Assembly: GCF_028292705.1 (NCBI RefSeq)
Contig: NZ_JAQGLV010000193.1
Location: 10,147 to 74,146 of the forward strand
Length of the DNA stretch: 64,000 bases
Reading direction: 5' to 3'
DNA from: Collimonas fungivorans
GTDB lineage: Bacteria; Pseudomonadota; Gammaproteobacteria; Burkholderiales; Burkholderiaceae_D
Under the pieces are notes generated by a model. The model was not told the origin of the DNA and did not search any database. It worked only from the letters and a program-made list of their open reading frames with translations. This document shows positions 18,765-30,972 of this stretch, piece by piece. Both the position numbers and the translations under genes were made by a program. Every line of letters begins with the position of its first letter. Within the stretch, counting starts at the first letter, position 1.

Positions 18765-20114
18765 ATGCAACAAGATACTATCGATATCAAATCCCTCGAC
18801 ATGGATGCGCGCGGCATCGGCCATCTGCAAAATGAAGACGGCAGCCAGGGCAAGGTCATTTTTGTCGAAGGCGCCTTGCCGGGCGAGCGTGTAAGTTTCC
18901 TGTCGTACCGCAAGAAGCCGAAATGGGAAGCGGCCACCATGACCGCCTTGCACAAGGAATCGGTGTTGCGGGTCAAGCCGCAGTGCCCGGTATTCGGCAT
19001 GTGCGGCGGCTGCGCCATGCAGCACCTGGAGCCGACGGCGCAGGTGGCGATCAAGCAGCGCGTGCTGGAAGACAACCTGTGGCATATCGGCAAGGTCAAG
19101 GCTGAATCGATGCTGCGGCCGATTTACGGGCCGACCTGGGGTTATCGCTACCGCGCCCGCATTTCGGTGCGCAACGTGCCGAAAAAGGGCGGCGTGCTGG
19201 TCGGTTTCCACGAGAGGAAATCCTCTTTCATCACCGACATGAAAACCTGCGACATATTGCCGGCGAACGTATCGGCGATGCTGGTGCCGCTGCGCCACCT
19301 GATCGGTTCGCTAAGCCTGATCGACCACATTCCGCAGATCGAACTGGCGGTGGGCGAGGGGCCGCAAGGCAAGGTCACCGCGCTGGTGTTGCGCATCATG
19401 GCGGCGCCGACGGCCGACGATGAAATCAAGCTGAAGGCGTTTGCCGACCAATACCAGGTGAACTGGTGGCTGCAGACTGCCGGCCCCGACAGCGCCTATC
19501 CGTTTTATCCGGCGCAGGGCGAGCTGTATTACACCTTGCCGGAATTCGGCGTGCGCATGCCTTTCAAGCCCACCGATTTCACCCAGGTGAACCATCAGAT
19601 CAACCGGGTGCTGGTGGCGCGCGCCTTGCGCTTGCTGGATGTGCAGCCGCATGAGCGGGTCGCCGACCTGTTTTGCGGCCTGGGGAATTTCACCTTGCCG
19701 CTGGCTACCCAGGCGCAGCAGGTGGTCGGCATCGAAGGCAGCCAGGCCCTGATCAACCGCGCCGGCGAGAACGCCGCGGTCAACCAGTTATCGGCTAAAA
19801 CCACTTTTCATTGCCGCAACCTGTTTGAGGCGAGCGCCGAGGATTTTGTCGCGCTGGGCAAGTTTGAGCGGATGCTGATCGACCCGCCGCGCGACGGTGC
19901 GGCGGCCGTGTGCGAAGCCCTGGTCGGCTTGGCGGCAATCGACCCGGCATTGATGCCGAAGCGGATCGTGTACGTTTCCTGCAACCCGTCGACCCTGGCG
20001 CGCGACGCCGGTCTGCTGATCGCGGGCGGTTATCGCCTGAGCCAGGCCGGGGTGGTGAACATGTTCCCGCATACGGCGCATGTGGAATCGATTGCGGTGT
20101 TCGACCTGCCTTGA
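18765..20114 (+). CDS. rlmD: 23S rRNA m5U1939 methyltransferase
   Basis: TRAM domain, [10 protein letters not shown] Fe-S motif, [24 protein letters not shown] and MFPHTAHVE. Confidence 0.95.
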   Translation: MQQDTIDIKSLDMDARGIGHLQNEDGSQGKVIFVEGALPGERVSFLSYRKKPKWEAATMTALHKESVLRVKPQCPVFGMCGGCAMQHLEPTAQVAIKQRVLEDNLWHIGKVKAESMLRPIYGPTWGYRYRARISVRNVPKKGGVLVGFHERKSSFITDMKTCDILPANVSAMLVPLRHLIGSLSLIDHIPQIELAVGEGPQGKVTALVLRIMAAPTADDEIKLKAFADQYQVNWWLQTAGPDSAYPFYPAQGELYYTLPEFGVRMPFKPTDFTQVNHQINRVLVARALRLLDVQPHERVADLFCGLGNFTLPLATQAQQVVGIEGSQALINRAGENAAVNQLSAKTTFHCRNLFEASAEDFVALGKFERMLIDPPRDGAAAVCEALVGLAAIDPALMPKRIVYVSCNPSTLARDAGLLIAGGYRLSQAGVVNMFPHTAHVESIAVFDLP

Positions 20115-20132
20115 TGCGGTTCGCTCGACAAT

Positions 20133-20162
20133 AAAAAAACCGGCCAGAAGGCCGGTTTTTTT
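20133..20162. terminator. Bidirectional intrinsic terminator between rlmD and yccA
   Basis: A7-CCGGCC-AGAA-GGCCGG-T7. Confidence 0.9.
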
Positions 20163-20176
20163 GTACCTGGCGCTGC

Positions 20177-20872
20177 CTAGTTCCGGTTGCCGCCGAAAAT
20201 CCCCAGCAGCGACAGCAGGTTGACAAAGATGTTGTAGACATCCAGGTACAGGCTCAGCGTTGCCGAGATGTAATTGGTTTCGCCGCCGTTGATGATGCGC
20301 TGCACGTCATACAGGATGTAGGCCGAGAAAATCGCGATGGCGATCACCGATACCGCCAGGTAAAGCGCCGGGATCTGCAGGAAAACATTGGCCAGCGATG
20401 CCAGCAGCAGCACCACGACGCCGGCGAACAGCCATTTGCCCATGTTCGAGAAATCGCGCTTGCTGACCGTGGCAATGCTTGCCATGACCACAAACACGCT
20501 GGCGGTGCCGCCGAAAGCCATCATGATCAGCGTGGCGCCGTTGGAGAAGCCGACCAGCGTATGGCCGATCAGGCGCGACAGCATCAGGCCCATGAAGAAG
20601 GTGAAGCCGAGCAGCAGCAATACGCCCCAGCCGGTGTTCTTGGTCTTTTCAATTGCATAAAAGAAACCAAATGCCACGGCCATGAACGCCATGAAGCCGA
20701 TCAGCGGACTGTTTCTGAAGAAACTGAAGTCCATCTGTACTCCCAGCCAGGCGCCCGCAATCGTCGGCAGCATGGACAGGGCCAGCAGCCAGTACGTGTT
20801 GCGCAGCACACGGTGCTGAGCGCTCAGCGCGGTGCTGCCGGGCGAGTAGGTCGGTTGCAGATTCGGGTTCAT
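20177..20872 (-). CDS. Bax inhibitor-1/YccA family membrane protein
   Basis: VLRNTYWLLALS, about 7 TM helices, YDVQRIINGGETNYI and LYLDVYNIF. Start placed at MNPNLQ after AGGAG. Confidence 0.92.
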   Translation of the reverse strand: MNPNLQPTYSPGSTALSAQHRVLRNTYWLLALSMLPTIAGAWLGVQMDFSFFRNSPLIGFMAFMAVAFGFFYAIEKTKNTGWGVLLLLGFTFFMGLMLSRLIGHTLVGFSNGATLIMMAFGGTASVFVVMASIATVSKRDFSNMGKWLFAGVVVLLLASLANVFLQIPALYLAVSVIAIAIFSAYILYDVQRIINGGETNYISATLSLYLDVYNIFVNLLSLLGIFGGNRN

Positions 20873-21132
20873 CAGGGACTCCTTTGGAAATTGCAAAAGT
20901 ACTAAACTATTGCGATCATAGCATCTAACTTCAACATCATTACATGAGACAACAACGCCGCAAAGTGGTTCTCCGGCGTTTTTTACGACTTTTCTATGGC
21001 ATGCAGCTTGCGTTTTGGCTGGTTTTGACGATTCTACATGGGTGTTTCGTGTTAAAATCAAAGGTTGATTGAACTATTAACCAGTCATTTAAATAAGCAG
21101 CTTAACCCTTTCATTTTATTGGAGTTTTTCAG

Positions 21133-21540
21133 ATGGCAATTGAACGCACCCTGTCGATTATCAAACCGGACGCAGTGGCAAAGAACGTAATCGGTCAAAT
21201 TTACACCCGTTTTGAAAACGCTGGCCTGAAAATCGTTGCTGCCCGCATGACGCACCTGTCGCGCGCAGAAGCTGAAGGTTTCTACGCGGTTCACCGCGAG
21301 CGTCCTTTCTTCAAGGACCTGGTCGATTTCATGATCTCCGGCCCAGTGATGATCCAAGCGCTGGAAGGCGAAAACGCAGTACTGAAGCACCGCGACCTGA
21401 TGGGCGCAACCGATCCTAAGAAGGCAGAAAAAGGCACTATCCGTGCTGACTTCGCTGACTCGATCGACGCTAACGCAGTGCACGGTTCGGACGCAGTGGA
21501 AGCGGCGAAAGTTGAAATCGCCTATTTCTTCCCGGCGTAA
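21133..21540 (+). CDS. ndk: Nucleoside diphosphate kinase
   Basis: [12 protein letters not shown] and NAVHGSD motifs. Confidence 0.98.
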   Translation: MAIERTLSIIKPDAVAKNVIGQIYTRFENAGLKIVAARMTHLSRAEAEGFYAVHRERPFFKDLVDFMISGPVMIQALEGENAVLKHRDLMGATDPKKAEKGTIRADFADSIDANAVHGSDAVEAAKVEIAYFFPA

Positions 21541-21626
21541 TTGTTTTAAATGCTTTGCATAGTTGGGGGCAGGGAAAAACGCCGCACGGCGACCCTGTCC
21601 TGCAATTATCTTGAATTGGAAATGCC

Positions 21627-22802
21627 ATGACTGCTCTCACCAACCTGCTGGATCTGGATCCCGCACAACTGACCGCTTACTGCGGCGAGTTGGGTGAGAA
21701 GCCGTTCCGCGCAAAACAACTGCTGCGCTGGATTCATCAATTCGGCGCACACGATTTCGATGCAATGACCGATTTGGCCAAGTCATTGCGTGACAAGCTG
21801 GCGACGCGGGCAATGATCGCCGCTCCTGCCGTGATCAGCGATCACATCTCGACCGACGGCACTCGCAAGTGGCTGCTCGATGTCGGCCAGGGCAATGCGG
21901 TGGAGACGGTGTTCATTCCCGAAGAGAACCGCGGCACCCTGTGCATTTCGACCCAGGCCGGCTGCGCGGTGAATTGCCGCTTCTGTTCCACCGGCAAGCA
22001 AGGTTTCAGCCGCAACCTGACAGTCGGTGAAATCATCGGCCAGTTGTGGATGGCCGAGTTTGAACTGCGCAAGTCCAAGGGTATCGAACCGGGCCATAAA
22101 GGCGAACGCCAGATCACCAACGTGGTGATGATGGGCATGGGCGAACCCTTGCTGAACTACGAACCGACCGTGACCGCGCTCAAGCTGATGCTGGACGATA
22201 ACGCCTACGGCCTGTCGCGCCGCCGCGTGACCTTGTCCACCAGCGGCGTGGTGCCGATGATCGACAAGCTGTCCCAAGACTGTGCGGTAGCGATGGCGGT
22301 ATCGCTGCATGCCTCCAACGACACCTTGCGCGACGGCCTGGTGCCGCTCAACAAGAAATATCCGCTGCGCGACCTGATGGCTGCCTGCAAGCGCTACCTG
22401 GAATTTGCGCCGCGCGATTTCATTACCTTCGAATATTGCATGCTGGACGGGGTCAACGATACCGATGCCCACGCCCGCGAGCTGATCGCCCTGGTTCAGG
22501 GCCACGCAGGCGGGCCGGCCGTGCCTTGCAAATTCAACCTGATCCCGTTCAATCCTTTCCCTGAATCGGGATTGAAGCGCTCGAACAATCCGCGCATCAA
22601 GGCTTTCGCCCAGATCCTGATGGACGCCGGCATCGTCACCACCGTGCGCAAGACGCGCGGCGACGATATCGACGCCGCCTGCGGCCAGCTCGCCGGCGAA
22701 GTGCAGGACCGGACGCGGGTGCAGGAACGCATGCAGAAAATGACCGAATATCAGCAGAAATTCGGAAAGAACTTTGGCCGTATCATCGAGGTGTCTCAGT
22801 GA
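21627..22802 (+). CDS. rlmN: 23S rRNA m2A2503 methyltransferase RlmN
   Basis: [15 protein letters not shown] radical-SAM motif, [14 protein letters not shown]. Confidence 0.97.
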   Translation: MTALTNLLDLDPAQLTAYCGELGEKPFRAKQLLRWIHQFGAHDFDAMTDLAKSLRDKLATRAMIAAPAVISDHISTDGTRKWLLDVGQGNAVETVFIPEENRGTLCISTQAGCAVNCRFCSTGKQGFSRNLTVGEIIGQLWMAEFELRKSKGIEPGHKGERQITNVVMMGMGEPLLNYEPTVTALKLMLDDNAYGLSRRRVTLSTSGVVPMIDKLSQDCAVAMAVSLHASNDTLRDGLVPLNKKYPLRDLMAACKRYLEFAPRDFITFEYCMLDGVNDTDAHARELIALVQGHAGGPAVPCKFNLIPFNPFPESGLKRSNNPRIKAFAQILMDAGIVTTVRKTRGDDIDAACGQLAGEVQDRTRVQERMQKMTEYQQKFGKNFGRIIEVSQ

Positions 22803-23644
22803 TAGAAAAAGCAAGTAGCAAGCTCGGGAGCTGGCAAGGCCGGCTGGTGTTCGCCGCGGCCGCGTTGTCGCTGTTGGCCGGCTTGAGTGCTTGCACCAGC
22901 CCGCCGCTCAGCAGCAGCGACAGCGAGGGTGGTTCGCGTCGCGAACTGGCTACCAGTTCGGACCAGACCGAAGCGCAGCGCCGCGCCGGCATCCGTTTGC
23001 AGCTGGCGGTCGGTTATTACGAGCAGCACCAGCTGGAAGTAGCGCTGGACGAGATCAAGCAGGCTCTGGCGGCAGATCCTGAACTGGCCGACGCTTATAG
23101 CGTGCGTGGACTGATCTACATGGGCATGTCGGAAAACCGCCTGGCCGACGACAATTTCCAGCGCGCCCTGCGGCTGTCGCCGAACAATCCGGACTACGCC
23201 AACAACTATGGCTGGTTCCTGTGCCAGAACGGCCGCGCCAAGGAATCGATCGTGCATTTCGAGACGGCGCTGAAAAGCCGCAATTACCAGTCTCCGGCAA
23301 AAGCGCTGACCAACGCCGGCGTCTGCAGCCTCAAATTCAACGATACCGTGGCGGCGCAGCGCTACCTGTCGCAGGCGTTCCAGTTCGACGCCAGCAATCC
23401 TCTGACCAACGCCAAGCTGGCGCAGCTGGCGTATGACCGCAACGATTATGAACGGGCCCGGTTTTATATCGGCCTCGTATTAAAAACCGATGTGCAGAAT
23501 GCGGAAGCATTGTGGACAGCTATCAAAGTGGAGCGAAAGTTGGGTGACACAGCGGCAGAGGCAAGTTTGGTGACGCAATTGCGCCGTCGTTTCGGCGGCT
23601 CCCCGGAATTCGCAGCTTATCAGCGCGGGGCGTTTAATGAGTGA
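22799..23644 (+). CDS. pilW: Type IV pilus biogenesis/stability TPR lipoprotein PilW/PilF
   Basis: Lipobox LSAC, TPR repeats, NNYGWFLC; rlmN-pilW-rodZ synteny. Confidence 0.88.
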   Translation: MIEKASSKLGSWQGRLVFAAAALSLLAGLSACTSPPLSSSDSEGGSRRELATSSDQTEAQRRAGIRLQLAVGYYEQHQLEVALDEIKQALAADPELADAYSVRGLIYMGMSENRLADDNFQRALRLSPNNPDYANNYGWFLCQNGRAKESIVHFETALKSRNYQSPAKALTNAGVCSLKFNDTVAAQRYLSQAFQFDASNPLTNAKLAQLAYDRNDYERARFYIGLVLKTDVQNAEALWTAIKVERKLGDTAAEASLVTQLRRRFGGSPEFAAYQRGAFNE

Positions 23645-24587
23645 GCCTGAACAGCTGAAAATCACCGATGCCGATCCCGGCGAGGATAGCGTCACTCCCG
23701 CAACCGCCAGCGCCGAACCGCTTTCGCTGGGCGCACAACTGGGCGGCAGGCGCGAAGAACTGGGCTGGTCGGTGCAGGACGTGGCCAGCCACCTGAAGCT
23801 GGCGCCGCGCCAGATCGACGCCATGGAACACGATAACTACGCCGCACTGCCGACGATGGTGATGACGCGCGGTTTCATCCGTTCCTACGCAAAATTGCTG
23901 GGCCTGGATGCGGCCGCCTTGCTGGCGACCATCGCGCCGCCGGCAGCGGCGCAAGCGACAGTCAGCGTGGTGCATGGCAGCCCGTTGTCGACGCCTTTCT
24001 CGGAGTCCCGCTTCAGTTTGATGGGGCGCAATAAATTTGCCTATAAATGGCTGGTGGTGCTGGCCGTGCTGCTGTTGCTGCTGGCGGTGGCGATACGGCT
24101 GGACGTGTTGCCGGTGGTGCAGAATACGCTGCAGTCGCTGGCTGAAAAATCCGCCGCGTCAAGTGCGGACAGCGCAGCCAGCGCCGAAGACAAGGCCGGT
24201 TTGCCTGCCGCCGCCGAGACACAGTCCGCGGATGCTGCGGCCAATGCCGCCTTGACCGCGGCTCCTGCCGCGAGTGCAGCACCGGTGTCCGAAGTCGGCG
24301 TCAATGCCGTGCCGGCCAACACGCCAATGGCGAATCCGGCGACGGCCGGCGGCGGCGAGCTGAGCCTGAACTTCCGCCAGGATTCATGGGTCGAAATCAA
24401 GCGCGCCGACAACACCGTGCTACTCTCGCGCCTGGCCAAGGCCGGCAGTACGGAAACAGTCGATATGTCGCAGCCGGTCAATGTCATCATCGGCAATCTT
24501 GCCGGCGTCGACGCGACGCTGCGCGGCGCACCGGTGGACTTGAAGGCCGGGTCGAAAACCAATGTGGCCAGATTGAACCTGAAATAA
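23637..24587 (+). CDS. rodZ: RodZ-like HTH membrane protein
   Basis: N-terminal HTH ([14 protein letters not shown]), one TM helix, C-terminal DSWVEI...IGN domain. Confidence 0.85.
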   Translation: MSEPEQLKITDADPGEDSVTPATASAEPLSLGAQLGGRREELGWSVQDVASHLKLAPRQIDAMEHDNYAALPTMVMTRGFIRSYAKLLGLDAAALLATIAPPAAAQATVSVVHGSPLSTPFSESRFSLMGRNKFAYKWLVVLAVLLLLLAVAIRLDVLPVVQNTLQSLAEKSAASSADSAASAEDKAGLPAAAETQSADAAANAALTAAPAASAAPVSEVGVNAVPANTPMANPATAGGGELSLNFRQDSWVEIKRADNTVLLSRLAKAGSTETVDMSQPVNVIIGNLAGVDATLRGAPVDLKAGSKTNVARLNLK

Positions 24588-24610
24588 GCGTGATGGAAAG
24601 AGAGAGTCCC

Positions 24611-25888
24611 ATGCCGCAGACGAATTTGCCGACGAATTTACCGATAGGCTCAGGCCCCAGCGTGCGCCGCCTTAGCCGCGGCGCGACGATCAGCTATGGC
24701 GAACGCAAGATCATGGTCGGCGGCGGCGCGCCGGTGGTGGTGCAATCGATGACCAATACCGATACCGCTGACGCGATCGGCACCGCGATCCAGATCAAGG
24801 ACCTGGCGCGCGCCGGTTCCGAGCTGGTGCGCATTACCGTGAACAATCCGGAAGCGGCTGCGGCCGTGCCGGCGATTCGCGAACAGCTGGACAAGATGGG
24901 GGTTGATGTGCCGCTGGTGGGGGATTTCCACTACAACGGCCATACTTTGTTGAACGATTTTCCCGAGTGCGCCCAGGCTTTGTCGAAATACCGTATCAAT
25001 CCGGGCAACGTCGGCAAGGGCGCCAAGCGCGACACCCAGTATGCGCAGATGATCGAGGCCGCCTGCAGGTACGACAAGCCGGTCCGCATCGGCGTCAACT
25101 GGGGCAGCCTGGACCAGGCCCTGCTGGCGCGCATCATGGATGAGAACGCCTTGCGCAGCCAGCCATGGCCGGCGCAGGCGGTGATGTATGAAGCGCTGGT
25201 GACTTCGGCGATAGAGAATGCGCAGCGCGCGGAAGAACTGGGCCTGGCGGCCGACCGCATCATCCTGTCGTGCAAGGTGTCGGGCGTGCAGGACCTGATT
25301 GCGGTGTACCGCGAACTGGCGCGGCGCTGCGACTACCCGCTGCACCTGGGGCTGACGGAAGCCGGCATGGGCAGCAAGGGCATCGTGGCTTCGACCGCGG
25401 CCTTGTCGGTGCTGCTGCAGGAAGGCATAGGCGACACCATAAGGATTTCGCTGACACCGGAACCGGGCGGCGACCGCACGCGGGAAGTGATCGTCGGCCA
25501 GGAGATTCTGCAAACCATGGGCTTGCGCAAGTTCGCGCCGATGGTGATTGCCTGCCCTGGTTGCGGCCGCACCACCTCGACCGTGTTCCAGGACCTGGCG
25601 GACAAGATCCAGACCTATCTGCGCGACCAGATGCCGGTCTGGAAAAAAGCTTATCCCGGCGTCGAAGGCATGAATGTGGCGGTGATGGGCTGTATCGTGA
25701 ACGGCCCGGGCGAATCGAAGCATGCGAATATCGGCATCAGCCTGCCGGGCACCGGCGAATCGCCGGCGGCGCCGGTGTTCATCGACGGCGAGAAAAAACT
25801 GACGCTGCGCGGCGAACGGATCGCCGAAGAGTTCCAGGCGGTGGTGCTGGATTACGTGAAGAGCCATTATGGCCAGGCAGCGGCCTGA
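24611..25888 (+). CDS. ispG: (E)-4-hydroxy-3-methylbut-2-enyl-diphosphate synthase
   Basis: [28 protein letters not shown] and [10 protein letters not shown]. Alternative start at 24593. Confidence 0.97.
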   Translation: MPQTNLPTNLPIGSGPSVRRLSRGATISYGERKIMVGGGAPVVVQSMTNTDTADAIGTAIQIKDLARAGSELVRITVNNPEAAAAVPAIREQLDKMGVDVPLVGDFHYNGHTLLNDFPECAQALSKYRINPGNVGKGAKRDTQYAQMIEAACRYDKPVRIGVNWGSLDQALLARIMDENALRSQPWPAQAVMYEALVTSAIENAQRAEELGLAADRIILSCKVSGVQDLIAVYRELARRCDYPLHLGLTEAGMGSKGIVASTAALSVLLQEGIGDTIRISLTPEPGGDRTREVIVGQEILQTMGLRKFAPMVIACPGCGRTTSTVFQDLADKIQTYLRDQMPVWKKAYPGVEGMNVAVMGCIVNGPGESKHANIGISLPGTGESPAAPVFIDGEKKLTLRGERIAEEFQAVVLDYVKSHYGQAAA

Positions 25889-25941
25889 TCCGAATAAATA
25901 TCAACCATAAAAATTGACCACTACTGGTGCATTGAAAAAGA

Positions 25942-27327
25942 ATGTCTGAAAATAAGAAAGCCGAAAAAATCGTCGGCGTAAAAGGTATGAACGATATCCT
26001 GCCGGCCGATGCCGCCTTGTGGGAATTGTTTGAAAACACCGTGGAATCGGTGCTGAAGAGCTACGGCTTCCAGAAAATCCGCACGCCTATCGTCGAACCT
26101 ACCGCCTTGTTTGCGCGCGGCCTCGGCGCCGTGACCGACATCGTCGAAAAGGAAATGTATTCGTTCACCGATTCGATGAACGGCGACAACCTGACCCTGC
26201 GTCCGGAAAGCACCGCCGGCGTGGTGCGTGCGGCGATCGAACACAACCTGACTTACGACGGCCCCAAGCGGCTCTGGTACAGCGGCCCGATGTTCCGCCA
26301 CGAGCGTCCGCAACGCGGCCGTTACCGCCAGTTCCACCAGGTCGGCGCTGAAGCGCTTGGTTTCACCGGCCCGGATATCGACGCCGAGCTGATCATGATG
26401 TGCCAGCGTCTGTGGGACGACCTCGGCCTGCAGGACGTGAAGCTGCAACTGAATTCGATCGGCGATGCGGAAGAGCGCAACCGGCACCGCGCCGACCTGA
26501 TCGCTTATTTCGAGCAGCACAAGGAACTGCTGGACGCCGATGCGCAACGCCGCTTGCACACCAATCCTTTGCGCATCCTGGACACCAAGAATCCGGCCAT
26601 GCAGGACATGGTCAACGGCGCGCCGCAACTGCTGTCCTACCTGGGCGCGGAATCGCTGGCGCACTTCGAAGGCGTGCAAAAGATCCTGAACCACAACAAT
26701 ATTCCGTTCACCATCAACCCGCGCCTGGTGCGCGGCATGGATTACTACAACCGCACCGTGTTCGAGTGGGTCACCGACCAGCTCGGCTCGCAAGGCACGG
26801 TCTGCGGCGGCGGCCGTTACGATCCGCTGGTGGAAATGTTCGGCGGCAAGCCGACTCCGGCCTGCGGTTTTGCGATGGGCATCGAGCGCTTGCTGGAACT
26901 GATGCGCGCCAACGGCGAACAAGCCGTGCGCAACGAATGCGATGTGTACCTGGTGCACCAGGGCGAGGCAGCGCAGCTGCAATCGTTCGTGCTGGCCGAG
27001 CGTTTGCGCAATGCGGGGCTGGATGTTGTGCTACATTGCGCCTCGGCCAATGCCGGCGGCAGCTTCAAGTCGCAGATGAAGCGTGCTGACGCCAGCGGCG
27101 CAGCCTACGCCATCATTATCGGCGAAGACGAAGTGGCGAACCAGACCGCGACCGTCAAGACCTTGCGCGCCGAAGGCGACGGCGATGCTGAAAAAGCTAG
27201 TACCGGCAATCAAAGTGTCGTACCGTTCGATGCGGTAAGCGATTATCTGGTCGACCAGATCGTCGGCGCCGGCGACGATCATGACCACGACCATGGTGAC
27301 CATGGACATGTTCACTATCATCATTAA
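25942..27327 (+). CDS. hisS: Histidine--tRNA ligase with a His-rich C-terminal tail
   Basis: [31 protein letters not shown] and GGGRYD. Confidence 0.98.
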   Translation: MSENKKAEKIVGVKGMNDILPADAALWELFENTVESVLKSYGFQKIRTPIVEPTALFARGLGAVTDIVEKEMYSFTDSMNGDNLTLRPESTAGVVRAAIEHNLTYDGPKRLWYSGPMFRHERPQRGRYRQFHQVGAEALGFTGPDIDAELIMMCQRLWDDLGLQDVKLQLNSIGDAEERNRHRADLIAYFEQHKELLDADAQRRLHTNPLRILDTKNPAMQDMVNGAPQLLSYLGAESLAHFEGVQKILNHNNIPFTINPRLVRGMDYYNRTVFEWVTDQLGSQGTVCGGGRYDPLVEMFGGKPTPACGFAMGIERLLELMRANGEQAVRNECDVYLVHQGEAAQLQSFVLAERLRNAGLDVVLHCASANAGGSFKSQMKRADASGAAYAIIIGEDEVANQTATVKTLRAEGDGDAEKASTGNQSVVPFDAVSDYLVDQIVGAGDDHDHDHGDHGHVHYHH

Positions 27328-27352
27328 ATTCATCACTAAAAACTAAAATCAT

Positions 27353-28003
27353 ATGGCATTCGATCTCGACGAACAGGAACAACTGGCAACGCTTAAGGAT
27401 TGGTGGAATAAATACGGCAATCTGACGACCTGGGTGCTGATTATCGCCCTGGCTGCCTACGCCGGCTGGTCCGGCTGGAATTATTACCAGCGCAGCCAGT
27501 CCTTGCACGCTTCGCAGCTTTACGACGAGCAGCAAAAGGCCGTGGCGAGCAAGGACAACGCCAAGGTGCAGCGCGCCGCTGCCGATATCCAGCAGAAATT
27601 CGGCCGCACGGCGTACGCCGGCATGGCGGCCTTGTCGGCCGCCAAGGTGGCGTTTGACGCCAATGACCTGAATGCAGCAAAGGAACAGCTGCAATGGGTG
27701 GTCGACCATGGCCGCGACGAAGACTACAAGGCGCTGGCCCGGATCCGGCTGGCCGGCATCCTGCTCGACCAGAAGGCCTATGACGACGGCTTGAAAGTCC
27801 TGGCGGCAGACCTGCCGGCGCCTTTCGCCAGCGCGGCGGCCGATCGCAAGGGTGACATCCTGGTAGCGCAGAACAAGCTGGACGAGGCGCGCGCCGCTTA
27901 CCAGCTGGCGCTGGACAAGATGGAAAGCAAGAATCCTGGCAAGGAATTGATTCAATTGAAACTTGATGCGATTGGCGGAGCTCCAGCCAAAGCCGCGGCC
28001 TGA
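27353..28003 (+). CDS. yfgM: YfgM family TPR membrane protein
   Basis: EQEQLATLKDWW plus TM plus TPR; hisS-yfgM-bamB-der synteny. Confidence 0.9.
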   Translation: MAFDLDEQEQLATLKDWWNKYGNLTTWVLIIALAAYAGWSGWNYYQRSQSLHASQLYDEQQKAVASKDNAKVQRAAADIQQKFGRTAYAGMAALSAAKVAFDANDLNAAKEQLQWVVDHGRDEDYKALARIRLAGILLDQKAYDDGLKVLAADLPAPFASAAADRKGDILVAQNKLDEARAAYQLALDKMESKNPGKELIQLKLDAIGGAPAKAAA

Positions 28004-28024
28004 TAATTCGGAAAAAGGAAGAAT

Positions 28025-29170
28025 ATGCGTGTGAAGACTCTGCGAGCTGTTGCTGCCTGTGCCGGTGCGTTGTTGATATTGGGCGGCTGCTCCTTGTTCA
28101 GTAGCAAGAAGACAAGCAACCAGCCTGCGCCATTGGTTGAATTCACCCAAAGCCTCAAGGTGCAACCGGTCTGGAAACAGTCGATCGGCAGCGCTGCCAT
28201 CTTCACTTTCTCGCCTGTGGTTGCAGGCGACAGCGTGTTTGCGGCAGCGGCTGACGGCACCGTGACGCGCATCAACGCCGCCAACGGCACGGTTGCCTGG
28301 CGCATCAGCGCCGGCACGCGCCTGACCGCCGGCGCCGGCAGCGACGGCAATACGGTTGCGGTGGCGGGTGAGAAGGGCATTGTGCTGGCGTTTGACGGCC
28401 AGGGCAAAAAAATCTGGCAGGCGCAAGCTTCCAGCGAAATCCTGTCGGCTCCGGCTGTAGGCCAGGGCCTGGTGATCGTACGCAGCCAGGACAACCGGAT
28501 TGCGGCTTATGATGCAGCAACCGGCGAACGTCGCTGGGCCGTGCTGCGCACCTTGCCGCCATTGACCCTGCGTTCGGCGCCGGGCATCCTGGTTGTGCCG
28601 CAGGCAACTTTCCTGTCCTTGCCGGGCGGCCGCCTGTCAGCGTTGAACCTGACTAACGGCGGTCCCTGGTGGGAAATGGCGATCGGCGATCCGCGCGGCA
28701 CCACCGAGCTGGAGCGGGTAGCCGACGCTTCCGGCATGCCGGTGATTGTCGGCCGTGAAGTCTGCGCCGTCGCTTACCAAGGGCGGGTCGGCTGCTTCGA
28801 CGCCGGCAGCGGCACTTCGCACTGGGCCAAGCCGTTTTCCAGCGATGTCGGCGTCGGCAGCGACGGCAAGAACATCTATGCCGCCGACGAGCATGGCGCG
28901 GTATCGGCATTCACCTTGGACAGCGGTGCGGTAGTATGGCAAAACAAGCAGCTCGCCAACCGCGTGCTGACGACCCCGGCAGTACTGCCTAAAGCGGTAG
29001 TCGTGGGCGACTTTGAGGGTTATATTCATTTCTTGTCGCGCGATGACGGCGCCCTGATAGCACGGGTTCGTGCAGACAGCAGTGCGGTCCTGCCCAATCC
29101 GGTGGTGGCAGGCTCCAATGTGATTTTTCAAACAAAATCGGGAACACTGATCGCTATCGCGACAGAGTAA
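28025..29170 (+). CDS. bamB: Outer membrane protein assembly factor BamB
   Basis: Lipobox LGGC, PQQ-like beta-propeller repeats, PRGTTELER. Confidence 0.95.
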   Translation: MRVKTLRAVAACAGALLILGGCSLFSSKKTSNQPAPLVEFTQSLKVQPVWKQSIGSAAIFTFSPVVAGDSVFAAAADGTVTRINAANGTVAWRISAGTRLTAGAGSDGNTVAVAGEKGIVLAFDGQGKKIWQAQASSEILSAPAVGQGLVIVRSQDNRIAAYDAATGERRWAVLRTLPPLTLRSAPGILVVPQATFLSLPGGRLSALNLTNGGPWWEMAIGDPRGTTELERVADASGMPVIVGREVCAVAYQGRVGCFDAGSGTSHWAKPFSSDVGVGSDGKNIYAADEHGAVSAFTLDSGAVVWQNKQLANRVLTTPAVLPKAVVVGDFEGYIHFLSRDDGALIARVRADSSAVLPNPVVAGSNVIFQTKSGTLIAIATE

Positions 29171-29200
29171 CAACTAAGTAACAACTGAGTGAAAACAACT
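29165..29200 (+). repeat. About 11-bp tandem repeat at the bamB-der junction
   Basis: GAGTAACAACT / AAGTAACAACT / GAGTGAAAACAACT. Confidence 0.7.
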
Positions 29201-29202
29201 TA

Positions 29203-30546
29203 ATGAAGCCAGTAATTGCACTTGTAGGACGTCCCAATGTCGGCAAATCGACCTTGTTTAATCGCCTGACGCGTTCACGCGATGCCTTGGTCGCCGATTT
29301 GCCCGGCTTGACTCGCGATCGCCATTACGGCGAAGGGCGGGTCGGCGAACGCCCGTTCCTGGTGATCGATACTGGCGGTTTCGAGCCGGTTGCCAAAGAA
29401 GGCATCATGCACGAAATGGCGAAGCAGACCAAGCAGGCGGTGGCGGAAGCCGATATCGTGATTTTCATTGTCGACGGCCGCCAGGGCCTGACGCCGCACG
29501 ACAAGACCATTACCGATTTTCTGCGCAAATCCGGCCGCTCCGTGATGCTGGTGGTGAACAAATCCGAAGGCATGAAGTACACCTCGGTCACCGCCGAATT
29601 CTACGAGCTCGGCATGGGCGATCCCTACGTCATCTCGGCCGCCCACGGCGACGGCGTGACTGACCTGGTGGAAGAATCGCTCGACCTGGCTTTCTCGCAG
29701 CGTCCGTCGGAAGAACCGGAGCCGGAAGACAAGGAGCGCGGCGTCAAGATCGCCATCGTCGGCCGTCCGAATGTCGGCAAGTCGACCTTGGTCAATACCT
29801 TGCTGGGCGAAGAGCGCGTGATTGCGTTCGACATGCCGGGCACCACGCGCGACTCGATCGAGATCCCGTTCGAACGCGACGGCAAGAAATACACCTTGAT
29901 CGATACCGCGGGCATCCGCCGCCGCGGCAAGGTTTTCGAGGCTATCGAAAAGTTTTCCGTGGTCAAGACTTTGCAGTCGATCTCGGAAGCCAACGTGGTC
30001 TTGCTGCTGCTCGACGCGCAGCAGGATATTTCCGAACAGGATGCCCACATCGCCGGCTTCGTGCTGGAGACCGGGCGTGCGCTGGTGGTCGGCGTCAACA
30101 AATGGGATGGCCTGACCAGCGACCGCCGCGATGAAATCAAGATGGACATGGATCGCAAGCTGAACTTCCTGTCATTTGCGAAATTCCATTTTATTTCAGC
30201 ACTGAAATCGACCGGCATTACGCCGTTGATGAAATCGATAGATTCTGCGTATGCAGCGGCCATGTCCAACCTGACTACGCCAAAGCTGACGCGTGCCCTG
30301 ATCGAAGCGGTAGAGCATCAGCAGCCGCGGCGCAAGGGTTCGATCCGTCCGAAGCTGCGTTATGCCCACCAGGGCGGTATGAATCCGCCTATCGTCGTGA
30401 TCCACGGCAATGCCCTGGAATCGATCGAAGACAACTATAAGCGTTATCTCGAAAAACATTTCAGAGAAACTTTTTCGCTGGTTGGGACTCCATTACGCAT
30501 CGAGTTCAGATCCAGTCGGAATCCATACGCTCGCCCGGAAAAATAA
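29203..30546 (+). CDS. der: Ribosome biogenesis GTPase Der
   Basis: Two GRPNVGKS G-domains, DTGG/DTAG, NKSE/NKWD. Confidence 0.98.
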   Translation: MKPVIALVGRPNVGKSTLFNRLTRSRDALVADLPGLTRDRHYGEGRVGERPFLVIDTGGFEPVAKEGIMHEMAKQTKQAVAEADIVIFIVDGRQGLTPHDKTITDFLRKSGRSVMLVVNKSEGMKYTSVTAEFYELGMGDPYVISAAHGDGVTDLVEESLDLAFSQRPSEEPEPEDKERGVKIAIVGRPNVGKSTLVNTLLGEERVIAFDMPGTTRDSIEIPFERDGKKYTLIDTAGIRRRGKVFEAIEKFSVVKTLQSISEANVVLLLLDAQQDISEQDAHIAGFVLETGRALVVGVNKWDGLTSDRRDEIKMDMDRKLNFLSFAKFHFISALKSTGITPLMKSIDSAYAAAMSNLTTPKLTRALIEAVEHQQPRRKGSIRPKLRYAHQGGMNPPIVVIHGNALESIEDNYKRYLEKHFRETFSLVGTPLRIEFRSSRNPYARPEK

Positions 30547-30693
30547 TTTTTTAAAAACACTTTTTTCTGAGCAGTAAATCCGAAAATCGTTTACATTCGT
30601 AAAACACCCACCGAGTCATTCGCTTAGAATCGTATTGGTTCTATATTTTAATTTGCATCTGACTTCTAATCACAACAACACAGTGGAGTAGCC

Positions 30694-30930
30694 ATGAGTA
30701 ATAAAGGGCAATTGTTACAAGACCCGTTTTTGAACGCCTTGCGTAAAGAGCATGTTCCGGTGTCTATCTATCTGGTCAATGGCATCAAGCTTCAAGGCCA
30801 TATCGAATCCTTCGATCAATACGTGGTTTTACTGCGTAATACCGTTACCCAAATGGTATACAAACACGCCATCTCAACCGTAGTTCCTGCACGCGCTGTC
30901 AATCTGAATCTTGAATCTGAAGCAGAATAA
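30694..30930 (+). CDS. hfq: RNA chaperone Hfq
   Basis: [12 protein letters not shown]...[10 protein letters not shown]. Confidence 0.99.
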   Translation: MSNKGQLLQDPFLNALRKEHVPVSIYLVNGIKLQGHIESFDQYVVLLRNTVTQMVYKHAISTVVPARAVNLNLESEAE

Positions 30931-30972
30931 CTATTCACTGTCGGCGAGGGCCGCAGCTACACGAATGTACCC

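Noticed and set aside
20873-21061. N-terminal extension of the YccA ORF (similar extensions on ispG, MFS, iolB, the permease and the acyltransferase in the ORF track)
   Set aside because: Better SD-supported downstream starts match family lengths; the extensions cover promoters or neighbouring genes.
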